Source: a bacterium (lineage in GTDB: Bacteria > Zixibacteria > MSB-5A5 > WJJR01). Taken from it: DNA of 64,000 nt. The notes under the pieces are model-generated. The model saw nothing but the letters and a program-made list of their open reading frames with translations, had not been told where the DNA came from and searched no databases. The translations under genes were made by a program, and so were the position numbers. Of the stretch, positions 61,369-64,000 are shown one piece after another. Where the stretch lies: positions 11,848 to 75,847 of the forward strand of contig DATMBC010000017.1 in NCBI GenBank assembly GCA_035559435.1. The letters are read 5' to 3'. The first letter of the stretch is position 1, and every line of letters begins with the position of its first letter.

Positions 61369-62187
61369 TCACGAGCGTCGTTGCGTCTCGGCCAGGGGCG
61401 GCGGCGCCTCGAGGCCGGAGCGCGCGGCGGCCGGAATCCTCCGGAGCGCGACAAACCGCTCCGGATGATCGGCGACCAGCCGCTGGGCTTCTTCGTAATC
61501 GTCGGGACGCCCGATGTCGAGCCAGAGCCCGGTGTGCTCGCAGGCGACCACCGGCAGGTGCTCGCGCAACAGGCGCGCGACCAGATCGGGAAAGTCGAAG
61601 CGTTGATTCTTCGGAATCCAGGAGAGCGCCTCGCGCGAAAAGGCGTAGACCCCCTCTGAAACCGAGAGGTGATACGATGGCTTCTCGCTGTATTCGCGCA
61701 CCAGCCCCTCGCTGGTGGCGTTGAGCACGCCATACTCGGAACACAGCACGCGGCGGTGGGTGGAGATGGTGAGCAATCGCGCCGGCGTGTTGCGCTGGTG
61801 CGTCGCGAGGAAGGCGCCGTAATCCAAATCGGTCATGACATCGCCGTTAAGCACGAGGAAATGCTCGGGCAATTGCGGCGCAAGAATCGACAACGGACCC
61901 GCGGTGCCCATCGGCGCGCTCTCGCGGGAGTAGGCAATTCGGACATGATCGCCCCAACGCGACCCATCGCCGAAATAGGCCTCGATCAATTCGGCCAGGT
62001 GACCAACAGCGAACCGAAAGTCGGTGAAACCATCGCGGACGAGTTGATCGATCAAAATCTCCAGCACCGGGCGATCCCCGATCGGCATGAGCGGCTTGGG
62101 AAAAGATGTCGTGTAAGGGCGCAGGCGCGTGCCCTTGCCTCCCGCCAGAATGACGGCCGTACGGGTTTCGTGGGTGTGTGTGGTCAC
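61369..62187 (-). CDS. NDP-sugar pyrophosphorylase (glucose/mannose-1-phosphate nucleotidyltransferase family)
   Basis: AVILAGGKGTRLRPYT motif. Start placed at the internal GTG (62187) close to the motif. The track ORF runs to 62247. Confidence 0.75.
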   Translation of the reverse strand: MTTHTHETRTAVILAGGKGTRLRPYTTSFPKPLMPIGDRPVLEILIDQLVRDGFTDFRFAVGHLAELIEAYFGDGSRWGDHVRIAYSRESAPMGTAGPLSILAPQLPEHFLVLNGDVMTDLDYGAFLATHQRNTPARLLTISTHRRVLCSEYGVLNATSEGLVREYSEKPSYHLSVSEGVYAFSREALSWIPKNQRFDFPDLVARLLREHLPVVACEHTGLWLDIGRPDDYEEAQRLVADHPERFVALRRIPAAARSGLEAPPPLAETQRRS

Positions 62188-62620
62188 GATGTGATTGCCT
62201 CTCGACGTGTTGAAATGGGCTCCCTGGTTCTTTATCGGTCCCGGCACGGCTTAGCAATACGGGCGCTGCATCGACAGGCAGTAGAGCACGAAGATGGCGA
62301 CGATGAGCAGGATGAAAAACCAGACGCCGGAGTTGGATTCTTCGACTTGACGTGACTTCGCGGGCATGATCCCCTCCCTGGGGCTTTGATGTGACGGACT
62401 CTGCCAGTCCGTCATGGCGGGCGCCTTCCGTGGCGCCAGGCCTATGCCCATGTCAAATCGGGTGCCAGTATGGGGACAACCCCACAGAAAAGAAGTAACG
62501 CATTGCCCGACAATGTAATACGAGAGCGCGACCTGGCTGGATTGAGGACTCGGTTCGAGAGGACGGCAGAAGCGACCGGAAATTGCCTCCCTATGCGCGG
62601 AAGGAATTTCCGCGGGGGTT

Positions 62621-63505
62621 TCAGTCGGTGGTGCGAGTCAGGATCCGTTCCAAGGCAATCTCCAGAGGCGGAAATTGCAGGCCAAAGCGGGCGATGGCTT
62701 TCTCGCCGATCAGTCCACCGTTGAGCGGACGCAATGCCGGGCGGCCCAGCGAAATGTAATTGGTCGGCTTGACCCGTGATTCCTCAAGTCCGGCGGCACG
62801 GGCAAGAAGGAGGGCGAACTCGTAGCGTGAGAGCACGGTCGGATGCACGATGTGCCAGAGGCCGCCCTCGCCGCTCTCGGCGAGCAGCAGGATGCCGCGG
62901 GCCAGTTCATCCACGGGCGTGACGTTGGAGCGCTGATCGGTGGGAGCCAGAAACGGCGGGTGATCGCGGATCGCTTCCAGCATGCGCGCGGCGAAGCTGG
63001 GGGGCTCCAGTTCGTCGACATCGAGAAAACTGGCCGAGCGCACGACGGCGTGGGCGGCAGCACCGGCCAACGCCGCCTCCTCCCCGGCGCGTTTGGCGCG
63101 GCCATAGGCATTGATGGGTCGCGGCACGGCGTTCTCGTCATAGGGCCCGGTAAGTCCATCGAAAACATAGTCGGTCGACACAAAAATCACGCGCGCGCCC
63201 GCACGGTCCGCCGCCGACACCAAGGCGCGTGTCGCATCGGCGTTGATGCGTTGCGCCAGGTCCGGATGCTGTTCGCAAAGATCGACATCGGTGATGGCGC
63301 CGGAATGCACGATGAGCTCGGCACGGGCGTCGGCAACAAACCGACGGATCGAATCTTCCTCCTGCAAGTCCAACGGCAGGACCGATGCCGCCGTCGCCAC
63401 CGGTGTGGAGTGCGCGCCGGCCACCAGATCATGACCGCGCTGTCGCCCGGCGATCAGAAGGGCCCGTCCCAACAGGCCGGAGGCGCCGGTGATGGCGATT
63501 CGCAT
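62621..63505 (-). CDS. rfbD: dTDP-4-dehydrorhamnose reductase
   Basis: MRIAITGASGLLG Rossmann start. RmlD substrate-binding-domain layout. 294 aa. 15 nt downstream of the rfbB stop. Confidence 0.85.
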   Translation of the reverse strand: MRIAITGASGLLGRALLIAGRQRGHDLVAGAHSTPVATAASVLPLDLQEEDSIRRFVADARAELIVHSGAITDVDLCEQHPDLAQRINADATRALVSAADRAGARVIFVSTDYVFDGLTGPYDENAVPRPINAYGRAKRAGEEAALAGAAAHAVVRSASFLDVDELEPPSFAARMLEAIRDHPPFLAPTDQRSNVTPVDELARGILLLAESGEGGLWHIVHPTVLSRYEFALLLARAAGLEESRVKPTNYISLGRPALRPLNGGLIGEKAIARFGLQFPPLEIALERILTRTTD

Positions 63506-63520
63506 AGCAATGCTCCTGTG

Positions 63521-64000
63521 TCAGCGCGACCGCAGAAATCCGGGGGTCCAGGAGCGGCGCGCCCGGCACCAATCCAGATGGTCGCGGATCCAGTCGACAG
63601 TGTCGCGCAAGCCCTCGTCGAAGCCGATGCGCGGCGTCCAACCGAAGACGCGCTCGGTTTGCGAGAAATCGAGCGCGTAGCGGGCATCGTGGCCGGGACG
63701 GTCGGCCACGGTGGCGATCAACGACGGATCGGCGCCACAAAGTTCGCAGATACGCTGAGCGATGGCGCGGTTTTCGCGCTCCTCGCGCGAGCCCAAATGC
63801 CAGACCGGGCGTTCCCGCCGGCGTTCGCGGTCGGTGGCGATGGCCCGCAGCCCCGCCACAAAGTCATCGACATGCAGCCAGACGCGGCGATGACGGCCAT
63901 GCCCATAAAGCGGCAAGGGCTCCCCCGCCAGGGCGTTGGTGACAAACAGCGGGATGAACTTCTCGGGATACTGCCGCGGGCCATAGACGTTGACCGAACG
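63521..64000 (-). CDS. rfbB: dTDP-glucose 4,6-dehydratase, C-terminal part only (gene continues beyond the window end)
   Basis: ...LPLYGHGRHRRVWLHVDDFVAGLRAI... matches the RmlB C-terminal region (conserved YG.G...R.WL.V.D block). Confidence 0.8.
   Translation of the reverse strand, partial: RSVNVYGPRQYPEKFIPLFVTNALAGEPLPLYGHGRHRRVWLHVDDFVAGLRAIATDRERRRERPVWHLGSREERENRAIAQRICELCGADPSLIATVADRPGHDARYALDFSQTERVFGWTPRIGFDEGLRDTVDWIRDHLDWCRARRSWTPGFLRSR

Overview
This window is a high-GC (about 65-70%) bacterial chromosomal segment with dense coding on both strands. I found no CRISPR array, transposase, integrase or rRNA. Recognisable content, in order:
- 1..572: a partial GltD-like FeS/FAD oxidoreductase that overlaps (ATGA) the stop of an Rrf2 regulator, which is divergent from a hemerythrin-domain gene.
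- 1864..4394: a cytosolic patatin-like phospholipase, an unknown membrane protein and a DUF192 protein.
- 4480..13695 (minus): a complete Tad/Flp pilus locus, read in the direction of transcription as flp, cpaA, tadE, cpaB, cpaC, tadG, cpaE, cpaF, tadB, tadC. The Flp pilin and a 35-aa trailing membrane peptide are too short for the ORF track.
- 14699..16588: typA/bipA.
- 17130..24973 (minus): a mannoside-utilisation operon with a sugar ABC transporter (binding protein, double-NBD ATPase, permease) and a 1319-aa GH38 alpha-mannosidase.
- 25276..32691: a sigma-regulation cluster. It contains an RsbW-like kinase, a STAS antagonist, an ECF sigma factor, a membrane anti-sigma factor, a membrane-anchored protein made of about 30 tandem nonapeptide repeats (27-nt DNA period), a 980-aa secreted HExxH/beta-propeller/beta-barrel protein and a PrsW-family protease.
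- 32815..37389: carA, carB and tRNA-Ser(UGA).
- 37503..42754 (minus): a tightly overlapping string of GlmU-N-like nucleotidyltransferase, panD, panC, dcd, folE, two QueD/PTPS paralogs, a CDP-alcohol phosphatidyltransferase and VanZ.
- 42870..45296: a PlpD-like patatin/Omp85 (type Vd) protein.
- 45300..46500: a lower-GC non-coding island holding a zinc-ribbon gene between two strong terminators.
- 46613..51841 (minus): lepB, a 344-aa unknown protein, a zf-HC2 anti-sigma factor and an 832-aa protein that appears to combine a cytoplasmic Lon-like S16 domain, one TM helix and a periplasmic FG-GAP-like domain.
- 52053..54464: arsR, arsM, tRNA adenosine deaminase and a membrane protein.
- 54569..60365: a gentisate-type aromatic catabolic cluster (gentisate 1,2-dioxygenase, FAH hydrolase, flavin reductase, ADP-forming acyl-CoA synthetase, FAD monooxygenase).
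- 60502..64000 (minus): an SDR, an NDP-sugar pyrophosphorylase, rfbD and the 3' part of rfbB.
The best candidates for an undescribed system are the ECF/anti-sigma/nonapeptide-repeat/PrsW cluster (25.3-32.7 kb) and the anti-sigma plus Lon-like/FG-GAP transmembrane protease cluster (46.6-51.1 kb). All calls rest on motif recognition in the supplied translations. No database search was possible.
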